Positions 51,808-62,284 of a stretch of 64,000 nucleotides of DNA are shown here, in pieces (the stretch's first letter is position 1; every line of letters starts with the position of its first letter). Position numbers and translations under genes: made by a program. This DNA is from a bacterium (lineage in GTDB: Bacteria; Electryoneota; Electryoneia; Electryoneales; Electryoneaceae): NCBI GenBank assembly GCA_963669175.1, contig OY769902.1:2656001-2720000 (forward strand), written 5' to 3'. The notes under the pieces are model-generated. The model was not told where the DNA came from. It did not search any database and saw only the letters and a list, made by a program, of their open reading frames with translations.

Positions 51808-53151
51808 ATGGCCTATGTGCCGCACACGGATGCCCAGATCGCCGAGATGCTGAAGGCGATCGGAGTTGAAAAGTTCGAAGATCTGATTCGGGCAATTCCG
51901 GAAGACATACGGTTGACCGAAGGATTGGATATGGCGGAAGGGTTGTCCGAGCTGGAAACCCGTACAGCCATGGATGTCCTGGCGAGCGCAAACCGTAGTG
52001 CAACAGACAGCATCAGTTTTCTCGGTGGTGGCAGTTACGACCACTTTATCCCGGCCGGTGTCAGCGCGTTGACATCACGCAGCGAATGGTACACCGCGTA
52101 TACGCCGTATCAGCCGGAAGTTTCGCAGGGAACCCTGCAGGCCATCTACGAATACCAGTCTGTCATCTGTGACATCACCGGTATGGATGTGGCCAACGCC
52201 AGTATTTATGATGGCGCTACAGCTTTGAACGAAGCGATGTTGCTGGGCCTTCGTTCGCAGCGCAAACGCACCCGTATTGTCGCTTCATTGGGGATTCACC
52301 CGCATTACCTGCAGGTGTTACGTACTTATGCGACGACGTCAGACATCAATCTCGAGTTCCTGCCCGTCGTGAAGGGACGTACGGAACCTGAAATGCTGAA
52401 GGACGCGTTGGGTGATGATGCGGCCGTGTTCCTGTTCGCGCAACCGAATTTCTTCGGCGTGCTTGAGGATGCAGAAACACTGACGCAGATCGCACACGAT
52501 GCCGGCGCAGTTGTGGGTGTCAGCATGTACCCGGTCAGCCTGGGCATGTTGAAAACTCCGCGCGAGTTCGGCGCTGATATCGTAACGGGTGAAGGGCAGT
52601 GCCTGGGTAACCCGATGGGCTTCGGTGGGCCGTACCTGGGTGTTTTCGCTACGACTACCAAGCTGATGCGTCAGATGCCGGGCCGTATCGCTGGCCAGAC
52701 CACGGATGTGGAAGGCAAACGCGGATTTGTGCTGACCCTGCAAACGCGTGAACAGCATATCCGTCGAGGCAAAGCAACGTCCAACATCTGCACCAACGAA
52801 GGTCTTAACGCCCTGACCGCCGTGATTCACATGGCGCTGATAGGCAAAGAGGGCTTCAAGCAGGTCGCGGAGCTGTGTTACCATAAGGCGCATTACCTGC
52901 ATGATCAGATCAAGGCGCTGGATGGGTATGCAATGGCGTACGATCATCCGTTCTTCAATGAATTTGTCGTGAAGACTCCAATTCCGGCCAGGGATGTGGT
53001 CAGCAAACTGGAAGCGAAGGGAATCTTCCCGGGCATCCGTTTGGACCGTTTCTTCCCGGAGATGGAGAATGACCTGTTGGTGGCAGTAACCGAGAAGCGT
53101 ACCAAACAGGATATGGACCGGCTGGTCGAGGAGCTTGCGGCCATCCGGTAA
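51808..53151 (+). CDS. gcvPA: Glycine dehydrogenase subunit 1
   Basis: YTPYQPEVSQG, NASIYDG, TREQHIRR.KATSNICTN. Confidence 0.96.
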   Translation: MAYVPHTDAQIAEMLKAIGVEKFEDLIRAIPEDIRLTEGLDMAEGLSELETRTAMDVLASANRSATDSISFLGGGSYDHFIPAGVSALTSRSEWYTAYTPYQPEVSQGTLQAIYEYQSVICDITGMDVANASIYDGATALNEAMLLGLRSQRKRTRIVASLGIHPHYLQVLRTYATTSDINLEFLPVVKGRTEPEMLKDALGDDAAVFLFAQPNFFGVLEDAETLTQIAHDAGAVVGVSMYPVSLGMLKTPREFGADIVTGEGQCLGNPMGFGGPYLGVFATTTKLMRQMPGRIAGQTTDVEGKRGFVLTLQTREQHIRRGKATSNICTNEGLNALTAVIHMALIGKEGFKQVAELCYHKAHYLHDQIKALDGYAMAYDHPFFNEFVVKTPIPARDVVSKLEAKGIFPGIRLDRFFPEMENDLLVAVTEKRTKQDMDRLVEELAAIR

Positions 53152-53173
53152 ATTGCCGGATAAGGAGGCACGC

Positions 53174-53998
53174 ATGGAATTCCTGCTAGGCTTGGGTATC
53201 GTCCCGGTTATCATCGTGATCGGCATTCTTATGTCAGCGATCAGGGTGGTAAAGGAGTACGAACGTCTGGTTATCTTCAGACTGGGTCGTATCATCGGGG
53301 CAAAAGGACCGGGATTGGTATTTATCATACCGGTTATCGATCAGGTACGGCGTGTCTCGACCCGGATTCAGGTGATTGATGTTCAACCGCAGGACCTGCT
53401 GACCAAGGACAATGTGTCCGTGCAGGTCAATGCGGTTATTTATTTCCGGGTACTCGATCCGAACCGTGCCATTCTATCGGCGGAGAACTATTACCAGGCC
53501 ACGGTTCAGATTGCGCAGACCACGCTTCGTGCCGTGATCGGTGAGACTCAGTTGCAAACATTGCTGGACGACCTGACGCAGGTCAACAGCCGTTTGCAGG
53601 AGATCATTGATAAACACACCGATGCCTGGGGAGTGAAGGTTTCCACAGTTGAAATCAAGCATGTGGACCTGACCCATGAATTGAAGCGGGTGATGGCGGC
53701 GGAAGCAGAAGCGGAACGTGTCCGGAAAGCCAAGATTGTTGCGGCTGAAGGTGAGTTCCAGGCATCGCAGAAACTGTCGGAAGCTGCGGCGGTGATGTCA
53801 ACCAACCCAATGGCATTAACGCTTCGATACTTGCAGACGCTTGTCGAAGTGGCCGCTGAGAACAACTCGACTACCATTTTCCCGGTGCCGATTGACCTGT
53901 TCGAGGTGTTCATGAAAGCGAAGCAACAGGGCGGAGAAATGCCTGCTTCTGCGCCGGCAAATGCTCCTGCGGCAACACCTGAACCGAAAGAAGAGTAA
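53174..53998 (+). CDS. SPFH/band 7 (slipin) protein
   Basis: EYERLVIFRLG, GPGL, TKDNV, AEAER, LRYLQTL. Confidence 0.93.
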   Translation: MEFLLGLGIVPVIIVIGILMSAIRVVKEYERLVIFRLGRIIGAKGPGLVFIIPVIDQVRRVSTRIQVIDVQPQDLLTKDNVSVQVNAVIYFRVLDPNRAILSAENYYQATVQIAQTTLRAVIGETQLQTLLDDLTQVNSRLQEIIDKHTDAWGVKVSTVEIKHVDLTHELKRVMAAEAEAERVRKAKIVAAEGEFQASQKLSEAAAVMSTNPMALTLRYLQTLVEVAAENNSTTIFPVPIDLFEVFMKAKQQGGEMPASAPANAPAATPEPKEE

Positions 53999-54029
53999 GT
54001 CTCGGGGTACGATAGTATTGTGATTCTTC

Positions 54030-54065
54030 GATCCTGTCTGGTATTTCCAGGCGGGATTTTTCTCT
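54030..54065 (+). terminator. Intrinsic terminator
   Basis: ATCCTGTCTGG-TATTT-CCAGGCGGGAT followed by TTTTCT. Confidence 0.65.
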
Positions 54066-54073
54066 CTTGTCTC

Positions 54074-54155
54074 ACGCAAAGACGCAAAGACGCAAAGACG
54101 CAAAGAAAGAAAAACATAAGAAAAGAAAAGAAAAGAAAAGAATAAGAAAGATAAA
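54074..54155 (+). repeat. 4 copies of ACGCAAAG followed by an AAAAG purine run
   Basis: Read directly. Confidence 0.85.
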
Positions 54156-54160
54156 GGCTG

Positions 54161-54482
54161 CTCACAAGAATTTGTGCATATTATCGACGAGCACGTTTCG
54201 TCAGGTCTTGACGTGATGCCTTTTTCTTGTTCTTCTCCGCAATTTCAGACACCTGTCCGACTTCACAGCTGCTATTTCGCATGATAGATCGTCATCAGGC
54301 ATCACGTTGTGACCTGACGACAGCGAGAGTGCTGATACCGGTGGCAGGTCACAACGCGACAATAACAGGACGAGAGGTGGTTTCAGTATCATGTGCACTT
54401 AGAAATACATTGCGAAAGCCGAAAACGGAATGTCGCGTCAAGACCTGCCACAACTTTGCCCGGATGCACAAATTCTTGCGAG
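54161..54482. mobile_element. MITE-like nested palindromic element with 19-bp terminal inverted repeats
   Basis: CTCACAAGAATTTGTGCAT versus ATGCACAAATTCTTGCGAG; internal inverted AGACCTG motifs; no obvious target-site duplication. Confidence 0.6.
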
Positions 54483-54556
54483 GAACCTATTATCCTTAAC
54501 CATCCTGTTCATCCTGTGAATCCCTGTTGTTATTCTTGCAATTCCGTGAGGCAAAG

Positions 54557-54585
54557 AAAAAACCCGGACCTGACGACCCGGGTTG
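54557..54585 (-). terminator. Intrinsic terminator
   Basis: AACCCGG...CCGGGTT followed by a T run on the minus strand. Confidence 0.65.
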
Positions 54586-54609
54586 AATGTTCACAATTGC
54601 GAAATAGGA

Positions 54610-54969
54610 TCACAAGGGATTATGCACCATGATTTCTTCTTTTTGCGTTCTAAGGATGTTGATTTCTTCTTCCGGAATCTTGCCGTAGGCGCGTTCCATC
54701 GCATCATTGAACATAGCTTCCAGGCTGTCAATTTCAAAAGCGATCTGATCCAGCTTGGCATTTGCGGGGCCGGATTCCATCATGCCATCGTCCAGCAGGC
54801 GCAATGTGTTGTTGGCTGAAGAGATTTTTTCACTCAGTTTGTTCGAGATTTTTTCCATCTCACGTTTTGGGCCGCCACAACCGACAGTAGCGAAAAGCAA
54901 TGCACTTGCAAGCAACGTAAATACTACCAGGCGATGGATGGCAGCAAATCTGGACAGCTTCGTCTTCAT
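54610..54969 (-). CDS. Small helical lipoprotein
   Basis: Lipobox TVGC-GG. Confidence 0.7.
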   Translation of the reverse strand: MKTKLSRFAAIHRLVVFTLLASALLFATVGCGGPKREMEKISNKLSEKISSANNTLRLLDDGMMESGPANAKLDQIAFEIDSLEAMFNDAMERAYGKIPEEEINILRTQKEEIMVHNPL

Positions 54970-55097
54970 CGTTCACTCTCTTTTCTTTGTTCTTTATCGC
55001 GTTACCGCGCGAAAACTACAAAATCACTTGTCAACATGCAATCGTAATTCGATGCTTCAGTATAATTTGTGAGATCGTGCTTTACTAATCAAACGAC

Positions 55098-55454
55098 TCA
55101 GACTCCGTTTAGTTTAGCCAGCGCCACTACAACTCGAAGCCCGTACTGCGCTTTTTTCTCGTCAGTCAGTTCACCTTCCAGCTCATCTGCCAGCGCGTTA
55201 AATCTCTTTTCCAGTTCAACAATTTCGTTGCTGATGGTTTCAATGTACCGATTGGCGTCTTCTTCGCCCAATTCTCCGGCTTCCGCCTGGCTTGCTATTT
55301 CGAGAATCTTGTCAACTTTCGCCTCGATCTGGCTAACGACTTCTTCCATTTCACTTTCTGCGCCGCCACAGCCGTTTACCAGCAGGGCAGCCAGGAAAAG
55401 GAAGCCGACCAGAGATGTAATGCATAAAAGATGTTTTTTGCTACTGCCACTCAT
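55098..55454 (-). CDS. Small acidic helical lipoprotein
   Basis: Lipobox VNGC-GG, GGAGG RBS. Confidence 0.7.
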   Translation of the reverse strand: MSGSSKKHLLCITSLVGFLFLAALLVNGCGGAESEMEEVVSQIEAKVDKILEIASQAEAGELGEEDANRYIETISNEIVELEKRFNALADELEGELTDEKKAQYGLRVVVALAKLNGV

Positions 55455-55712
55455 GCTTGCCTCCGTGCCATCTGATGCCAACGGGGATACGGCATCCTCT
55501 ATCAGGCGTAAGCTAAACCGAAGTCATAAAGCATGCAAGAGGAATAAGGGAGGTAAGACATATTGTACTGAAAAATAATAAATTCAATAGCATCAACAGG
55601 TAAGAGAAAATATGGAAATGTTATTTGCCCTGCTCGTTTTCCCTCCCGTTCGCCGGATTTGTTGCCTATTTTATTCAATTGATCCAGATTCTCGAAATTC
55701 ATGGAGGTCAGC

Positions 55713-58661
55713 ATGCTTCGTTCTCGCATCTTATTGCTTTGTATCCTGGTCGCTTTGTCCGCCAGTACTGTCTTGTTTGCGCAACCCGTTTCCGAAACGG
55801 GCGATCTGCCTGAAGAAGGCTGGCAGTTGGTAGAGCAGGGGACCACCTGGCTGGATCTTTTCCCGGGGGTTGCGAATCGTGCCAACCTTGATGAAACCGT
55901 AACTGAATTTGATCCGGGAACAGACCCCGAGGGTGATTTCATGGGGCAGGTGGCCTTTTCCACTGACGGCGCTCGTGTGCTCCTGACCAACAGGGTGACC
56001 AACAATATCAGCGTCTACAATGTCGAGAACATGGAATTGCTGGAAAACATCAGTGTAGGCAACTATCCCTGTTACATCGCCTGCACGGATGAGTATGCCA
56101 TTGTGCCGTGCGCTTTTGCTGATAGTGTCTGGATTATTGATCTGGATGATTATTCCACGGCTGCCATTATTCCTACGGGCGAACAACCCTGGATTGTCCA
56201 TGTCACGGATGACGGCGCCCGTGCGTTAGTCGCAACGGATATTGATAACACCCTGGAAGTGATTGACCTGGAAAACCTCACCTTGTTGAATACTATCGAG
56301 AATGTCCCGTTTTCGTTGATTTCCTATTCCTGGAATTCAGAGAGCGGCCGGAACATGATCAAATTCCTGGATTTCCTGTATGTCCCGGGCACAGAGCATG
56401 TGATGTTCTCCAACCGTGAGGAGGCGATCTGGATTTACGATTTTGAAGGTGGTGAGCTGGCGGACAGCATTACGGGACTGGCAAATATCCTGGCGATGGC
56501 TGTTTCCGGTGATGGCTCCACATTGATCGCTGCCAATAGCGAAAACAGCACGGCAACTGCGTATCAGATTGATCTTGAAACATATGCCATTACCGATTCC
56601 GCGGTTTGTACAGGGCATTCACTGTCCACCTACCAGATTGGTGTCAATGATGATGGCAGCAAGTGCTATCTCGGTGTCGGCGGCAATGTAAGCGCCATGA
56701 TTGACTTCACGGATAACGATATTACCTACTTCGATCAGACCTACACTGCGTTCTGGATCGGTGTAAATGCCGACCATAGCCATGTGGTCAGCGGTCAGTA
56801 CCGTTTTTCCATTCTTGACTTTGACACGGAAAGCATTCTGGGTTCCTACTGGGGCTATTCGCAGTGGACCGGAACTGTATCGCCTGTAGACGAGATTTGT
56901 GTAGGGCTTTCACCGTTGACCGATGAAGTCATGTATGTCTACGACTTCACCAACCCGGCGTCCATCACCTTCGATAACAGCCTGGTTGCCGGGGAGAACC
57001 CGGAAGCTGATGGTCCGCGTCGTGTGGCGATCACATCAGATGGTTCCCTCGCAGTGGCAACTCATGTGATCAGCGATAACGCTACCATCATTGACCTGGA
57101 AACGATGGAGACACTTGTTACACTCTATATCGGCGACCGTGTGCAGGATGTCGCGATTACGCCCGATGACGCCTACGCGGTGATCTGCGGATTCAACAGC
57201 AACAACGCGCATATCATTGATCTGGATTTGTTGATGCAGGTGACCACAGTTCCCTGCGGCCAACGCCCCATGTGTATCGCCATGGACCCGGACGGTGAAT
57301 ACGCTTACATCTCCAACGTATCAGACAACACGATCACATTCATCGCGCTGGATGGCGCGAACAGTTCGGCAGTTGGAACAGTTGCCTGTGGTACGATCGG
57401 CGTGAACTGGTCCAGCTATGGCGTAGGTAGCCAGATAGCCGTAACCCCTGATGGCGAATACCTGCTGGTTTGTGCATCATTTGATGACGTGCTTAAAGTG
57501 ATCGATACAGATACTCGTACAGTAGTGGCGACGGTTCCGACTGGTGATTTTCCACTGCAGGTGGCGATTAATGATGCCAGTACACGTGCGGTTGTAACCA
57601 ACAACAACGACTACACCTATTCCTATATCGAGCTGGATGGTGCGAGCAGCAACACGATTGGAACATATGGTGTGGGGGCGCATCCGCTTCGGGTAGCGTA
57701 TGACGGTTTCAATGAGCGTTTCCTGATTGGCGACATTTCCAACGCCAACCTGTACTATGTGGATGAAGAATCGGGCGCTGTTTCCGGTTCGGACAGTTAC
57801 GCGGCCTATGGCGCTATCACCGGGGTTGCGGTAGATGATTTCGGTGATGCGGTTGTGATGACGGCTGCCAATGGCGACATCCCCGGCATGGTACACAAAG
57901 GTGATGTCCATAGTGAGTACCCGGGATCGGCCGCTATGCTGGCTTATCAACCGGATGCGGATATTGCAGCGGTTCCTGTGCCCGGTCCGGACTGGATCAC
58001 CTTTGTCCAGTATGACGCGGTCAACCACCCGCCGTCCCATTTCGCATTGCTGGAACCGGAAGATTTTGATACGGTTACTGTGGATATGGAAACGCTGAAC
58101 TTCTACTGGGAGGAATCAGTCGATCTCGATCCCGGTGATGAGGTTCATTATACCTTTGAAGTTGACCCTGTAAATGCCGGCAGCACTCTTGTCGTTGAAG
58201 ACTTGACCGATACGACTTACATGATGGACCCCTACGTGCTGGAGGGCCTGGTTGATAATCCGAATATCTTCCAGCCTTTCTGGTGGCGAGTCCTGGCGAT
58301 TAGTGGGGAGGATACTGTTGAATGTGATGAGCGCTTCGGCTTGTTGCTGGAGCCGCCAATATGGGTTGATGACGATGCAGAAGCGGCGTTACCGACAGTC
58401 GCATCCATCACCGATGCCTATCCGAACCCGTTCAACTCCACGGTCACCATTCGTTTCGGACTCCCGTCAGCGGGTACAGTAAAGATGACGGTGTTCGATG
58501 TGTTGGGACGTGAAGTAACTTCACTGCTGAACCAGAGTGTCAGTGCGGGACATCATATCCTTAGCTGGGAAGCGGGTGCGACGCTGCCGAGCGGGATGTA
58601 CTGGATCAGGCTTGAAGCGGGCACCGAAACCAGCTTACGGCGAGTTACTCTGATAAAGTAG
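55713..58661 (+). CDS. Secreted YVTN-type beta-propeller protein with T9SS/FlgD-type C-terminal sorting domain
   Basis: Signal peptide; repeated G..P..VA(I/V)TPDG units; AYPNPFNS...SGMYW...VTLIK. Confidence 0.87.
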   Translation: MLRSRILLLCILVALSASTVLFAQPVSETGDLPEEGWQLVEQGTTWLDLFPGVANRANLDETVTEFDPGTDPEGDFMGQVAFSTDGARVLLTNRVTNNISVYNVENMELLENISVGNYPCYIACTDEYAIVPCAFADSVWIIDLDDYSTAAIIPTGEQPWIVHVTDDGARALVATDIDNTLEVIDLENLTLLNTIENVPFSLISYSWNSESGRNMIKFLDFLYVPGTEHVMFSNREEAIWIYDFEGGELADSITGLANILAMAVSGDGSTLIAANSENSTATAYQIDLETYAITDSAVCTGHSLSTYQIGVNDDGSKCYLGVGGNVSAMIDFTDNDITYFDQTYTAFWIGVNADHSHVVSGQYRFSILDFDTESILGSYWGYSQWTGTVSPVDEICVGLSPLTDEVMYVYDFTNPASITFDNSLVAGENPEADGPRRVAITSDGSLAVATHVISDNATIIDLETMETLVTLYIGDRVQDVAITPDDAYAVICGFNSNNAHIIDLDLLMQVTTVPCGQRPMCIAMDPDGEYAYISNVSDNTITFIALDGANSSAVGTVACGTIGVNWSSYGVGSQIAVTPDGEYLLVCASFDDVLKVIDTDTRTVVATVPTGDFPLQVAINDASTRAVVTNNNDYTYSYIELDGASSNTIGTYGVGAHPLRVAYDGFNERFLIGDISNANLYYVDEESGAVSGSDSYAAYGAITGVAVDDFGDAVVMTAANGDIPGMVHKGDVHSEYPGSAAMLAYQPDADIAAVPVPGPDWITFVQYDAVNHPPSHFALLEPEDFDTVTVDMETLNFYWEESVDLDPGDEVHYTFEVDPVNAGSTLVVEDLTDTTYMMDPYVLEGLVDNPNIFQPFWWRVLAISGEDTVECDERFGLLLEPPIWVDDDAEAALPTVASITDAYPNPFNSTVTIRFGLPSAGTVKMTVFDVLGREVTSLLNQSVSAGHHILSWEAGATLPSGMYWIRLEAGTETSLRRVTLIK

Positions 58662-58760
58662 CAAGATACTCAAGAAGATTTACAGGATGAACAGGATGTG
58701 AAGGATTAACAGGATAAAGATATTTTAAGTTGTTTAAGAGATTGACTATGGGAGATTAAC

Positions 58761-59033
58761 ATGCCAAGTATAGCTATTGAGTTCTCGAGATTTTTGGAAG
58801 AAGCGAGGAATATGAGTTTGCGTGAAGTAATTTATAATGCACAAAGGATTGGTATGCGTATGGAACAAGAAAGATATGATGATGCTTTAAATATGCAAAG
58901 ATTGAAAGAATTTACATTTTCATTGAGAAATAATTTAGAAGGATCAAAAATCTGTTCCTTATATAAACCTATTGTTGATTCGTTAATTGGTCGAGGTGAG
59001 CTTCAAGATACTGGTTTTACATATTACTCATAA
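58761..59033 (+). CDS. AT-rich orphan protein between AGGAT/ATCCT repeat arms
   Basis: GGGAG RBS, 90 aa open frame in AT-rich DNA. Confidence 0.6.
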   Translation: MPSIAIEFSRFLEEARNMSLREVIYNAQRIGMRMEQERYDDALNMQRLKEFTFSLRNNLEGSKICSLYKPIVDSLIGRGELQDTGFTYYS

Positions 59034-59149
59034 TACCTTTTATCCTTATCATACTTAATATCCTTGGCATCCTGTATATTGAGTCATTATCCTGTGAATC
59101 CTGGAGAAATCCTGTATATCTTGTGAATCCAACAAGTGAGGAGAGTGTA

Positions 59150-61774
59150 GTGGCGACCCCCATGATGCAGCAGTACCGTCAAATCAAGAAGCAGTACCCG
59201 GAAGATGTGATTTTCTTCCGCATGGGGGATTTCTTCGAGATGTTCCACGAGGACGCCAAAACCGCCCACAAAGTCCTCGGCATCACTCTGACTCGTCGCA
59301 ATCACGGCAAGGGTGAAGATGCCGGCACTCCTCTCGCTGGCTTCCCCCATCATCAGCTCGAGACGTACCTCGCCAAGATGACCCGCGCGGGCTATCGTGT
59401 CGTGGTCGTGGAGCAGGTGGAAGACCCGAAGAAGGCCAAGGGACTGGTCAAACGTGATATTGTCCAGATCGTCACTGCAGGCACAAACTTTTGCGAACAG
59501 GCCCTGGATTCAGGAAAAAACCAGTTCCTCGCTGGAGTGGTGAAGCTGGAAAAGAAGGCCGGGATCGCATTCTGTGACGCTACGACCGGCGAGTTCACCG
59601 CGGCTTCGGTGCCGTTTGACCAGGTGCGTGACCTGCTGGACCTGGTGTATCCGGCGGAAGTGATCATGCCCGATGATCAACGCGATGACTTCAAAGAGCT
59701 GTTGCCCACCGGGGTGATGCGGACCCTGCTGCCGCCGTGGATTTTCGAGACTCAATTCGCACGCGACACCCTGATCGAACATTTCAAGGTGAGAAGTCTG
59801 AAAGGATTCGGGGTGGAGGACGACCTGGCGGCTATCGGCGCGGCGGGTTCGGTGATGCATTATGTGCGTGAGAACCTGCGTGTCGACCCAGAACATATCA
59901 AGGGGCTGTCACGTCTGCCGCTCGACGATGTCATGCTGTTGGATGCTTCCACACGCCGCAATCTGGAGCTGGTAGAGCCATTGTGGGGATCGGACCGCAC
60001 CAGCACACTGCTTTTCCATATCGACCGCACTGTTACCCCGTTCGGACGCCGTCAGTTTATCCTGAACCTGTTGCGTCCTTTACTGGACAAAGCATCCATT
60101 GAAAGACGTCATGACGCGGTTGAAGACCTGGTCGAGAATACCGAATTCCGGCGTGGACTGCGGGAACGATTCCGTGAGTTGGCGGATTTGGAACGTCTTG
60201 TCGGTCGTATTGCTGCCATGCGCGCCAATCCACGTGACTTGGCGGCGTTGCGAGAAACTCTGCTGGCCATTCCGGGTATTCGTGACCACGTTCAACGAAA
60301 CGCCCAGGCTGACGCGCTATCCCAGGCGGCTACGGCGCTCGATACGCTGGATGAGTTGGTTGACCTGTTGAGCAGGGCGGTTGCGGATGAACCTCCGGCC
60401 ATGCTGGCCAAGGGCGGAGCGATTCGACAAGGCTACCATGAAGAACTGGATGAGCTTCGTCGGGTGGCGCGTGGCGGGAAAGAGTATATCCTGTCACGGC
60501 AGCAGGAGGAACGCGAAGCTACCGGTATCAACAGCCTGAGTATCAAGTACAACAAGGTGTTCGGATACTATATCGAGGTATCGAAGGCAAACCTGGACAA
60601 GGTGCCGGAACACTATATCCGAAAGCAGACGCTTGTCAATGCCGAACGCTTTATCACGCCTGACCTGAAGGAATGGGAAGACAAGATTCTGACCGCCGAA
60701 GAACGTATGCTGGTGCTGGAGAAGGAGCTGTTCGACCAGCTATGCATGGACATCACCCACTATGCGGGCAAGATCCAGTTCAACGCTCGTGTGCTGGCCC
60801 TTCTGGATTTCCTGGCAGCGGCGGCAGAGATCGCGGTTGAGAAACGGTACACTCGTCCGGTGATCCGTGAGGACAGCCGTCTCCTGCTGGTGAAGAGCCG
60901 TCATCCGGTGGTCGAGAACCTGCTCCCGGTCGGGGATTCGTTTGTCGCCAATGATCTGGATATCGACAGTGACAAACGCTCTATCGCACTGGTGACCGGG
61001 CCGAACATGGGCGGGAAATCGACATACCTGCGTCAAGTTGGCTTGATTATCCTGATGGCGCAGGCCGGGCTGTTTGTCCCGGCGGAACGTGCCGAGATCC
61101 CGATCACCGACCGGATTTTCACCCGTGTGGGCGCGTCGGATAACCTCGCCGCGGGGGAGAGTACCTTCCTGGTCGAGATGCACGAAGCAGCCAATATCCT
61201 GCACAACGCGACCGGCAAAAGCCTGATTCTGCTGGACGAGATTGGACGTGGAACCAGCACCTTCGATGGCCTGTCACTGGCCTGGTCGATTGTGGAATAC
61301 CTGCATGATTACCCCGGCGGCGCCAAGCCGAAAACCCTGTTTGCGACCCATTACCACGAACTGACCGAGCTGGAACACAAACTGGACCGTGTCTTTAACC
61401 TGCATGTGCAGGTGAAGGAATGGGGCGACCGTGTCATCTTCCTGCGCAAAATCGCAGCCGGGGTGAGCGGAGCCAGCTACGGTATCCAGGTAGCTCGCCT
61501 CGCCGGACTGCCGCAGAAGGTGATTGACCGTGCCAAGGAAGTCCTCGCCGCACTGGAAGCGAGTGACATCACACCGAACAACCTGCCACACAAGGGACGC
61601 CGTCCGCAAACCGACGCTGTCCCTTCCAACGATGATCCCCTGCAACTGACCCTGTTCACGAAAGAAGAACGCGCCCTGCGTGACGAGATCGCCAAGGCCG
61701 ACCTGGATAACATGACGCCCCTCGAAGCGCTGAGGTTCCTCGCAGATTTGAAAGGGAAGTATGGGGGAGGGTGA
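59150..61774 (+). CDS. mutS: DNA mismatch repair protein MutS
   Basis: TPMMQQY, FRMGDFFE, TGPNMGGKST, DEIGRGTS, FATHYHEL. Confidence 0.99.
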   Translation: MATPMMQQYRQIKKQYPEDVIFFRMGDFFEMFHEDAKTAHKVLGITLTRRNHGKGEDAGTPLAGFPHHQLETYLAKMTRAGYRVVVVEQVEDPKKAKGLVKRDIVQIVTAGTNFCEQALDSGKNQFLAGVVKLEKKAGIAFCDATTGEFTAASVPFDQVRDLLDLVYPAEVIMPDDQRDDFKELLPTGVMRTLLPPWIFETQFARDTLIEHFKVRSLKGFGVEDDLAAIGAAGSVMHYVRENLRVDPEHIKGLSRLPLDDVMLLDASTRRNLELVEPLWGSDRTSTLLFHIDRTVTPFGRRQFILNLLRPLLDKASIERRHDAVEDLVENTEFRRGLRERFRELADLERLVGRIAAMRANPRDLAALRETLLAIPGIRDHVQRNAQADALSQAATALDTLDELVDLLSRAVADEPPAMLAKGGAIRQGYHEELDELRRVARGGKEYILSRQQEEREATGINSLSIKYNKVFGYYIEVSKANLDKVPEHYIRKQTLVNAERFITPDLKEWEDKILTAEERMLVLEKELFDQLCMDITHYAGKIQFNARVLALLDFLAAAAEIAVEKRYTRPVIREDSRLLLVKSRHPVVENLLPVGDSFVANDLDIDSDKRSIALVTGPNMGGKSTYLRQVGLIILMAQAGLFVPAERAEIPITDRIFTRVGASDNLAAGESTFLVEMHEAANILHNATGKSLILLDEIGRGTSTFDGLSLAWSIVEYLHDYPGGAKPKTLFATHYHELTELEHKLDRVFNLHVQVKEWGDRVIFLRKIAAGVSGASYGIQVARLAGLPQKVIDRAKEVLAALEASDITPNNLPHKGRRPQTDAVPSNDDPLQLTLFTKEERALRDEIAKADLDNMTPLEALRFLADLKGKYGGG

Positions 61775-61824
61775 AGCGTTTCATGATATTGGCATTGTCT
61801 TCCACGCCATGCTTGTCTCTACAA

Positions 61825-61952
61825 GTCATTCCCGACCTATATGTCATCCTCGACCACCCTGTCATCCCCGGCCCTCCACTATGTCATCCTCGACCACCCT
61901 GTCATCCCCGGCCCTCCACTATGTCATCCCCGGCTTGAACGGGGATCTCGAG
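61825..61952 (+). repeat. Left modular GTCAT(C/T)C-headed array ending in the hairpin core
   Basis: Units of 18, 18, 22, 18 and 22 bp, then GTCATCCCCGGCTTGAACGGGGATCTCGAG. Confidence 0.9.
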
Positions 61953-61994
61953 CGATGTCGAGCAAAGACCTAATCAACAGAAAGGGAATTTGTT

Positions 61995-62276
61995 ATGTAT
62001 TACGTTTACATCCTGACCAATGACCGGCATACGGTTTTCTATACAGGGATCACTAATGATATTGTCAGACGTGTGCATGAGCACAAAGAGAAAATGATTG
62101 AGGGGTTTACGAAGCAGTACAATGTATCCAAGCTAGTCTATTTCGAAGAACATCACAGAGTTGATGATGCCATCCGCAGGGAAAAGAGACTCAAGAAATG
62201 GGACAGGGCGTGGAAAATAGAATTGATTGAAAAGGATAATCCGGAATGGAGCGATTTGTATGATATGTTCTTTTGA
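61995..62276 (+). CDS. Solo GIY-YIG nuclease (UPF0213/YhbQ-like)
   Basis: YYVYIL...FYTGIT.D..RR..EH, LVYFE, AIRREKRLKKW.RAWK..LIE..NPEW.DL. Confidence 0.92.
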   Translation: MYYVYILTNDRHTVFYTGITNDIVRRVHEHKEKMIEGFTKQYNVSKLVYFEEHHRVDDAIRREKRLKKWDRAWKIELIEKDNPEWSDLYDMFF

Positions 62277-62284
62277 CATCCTCA

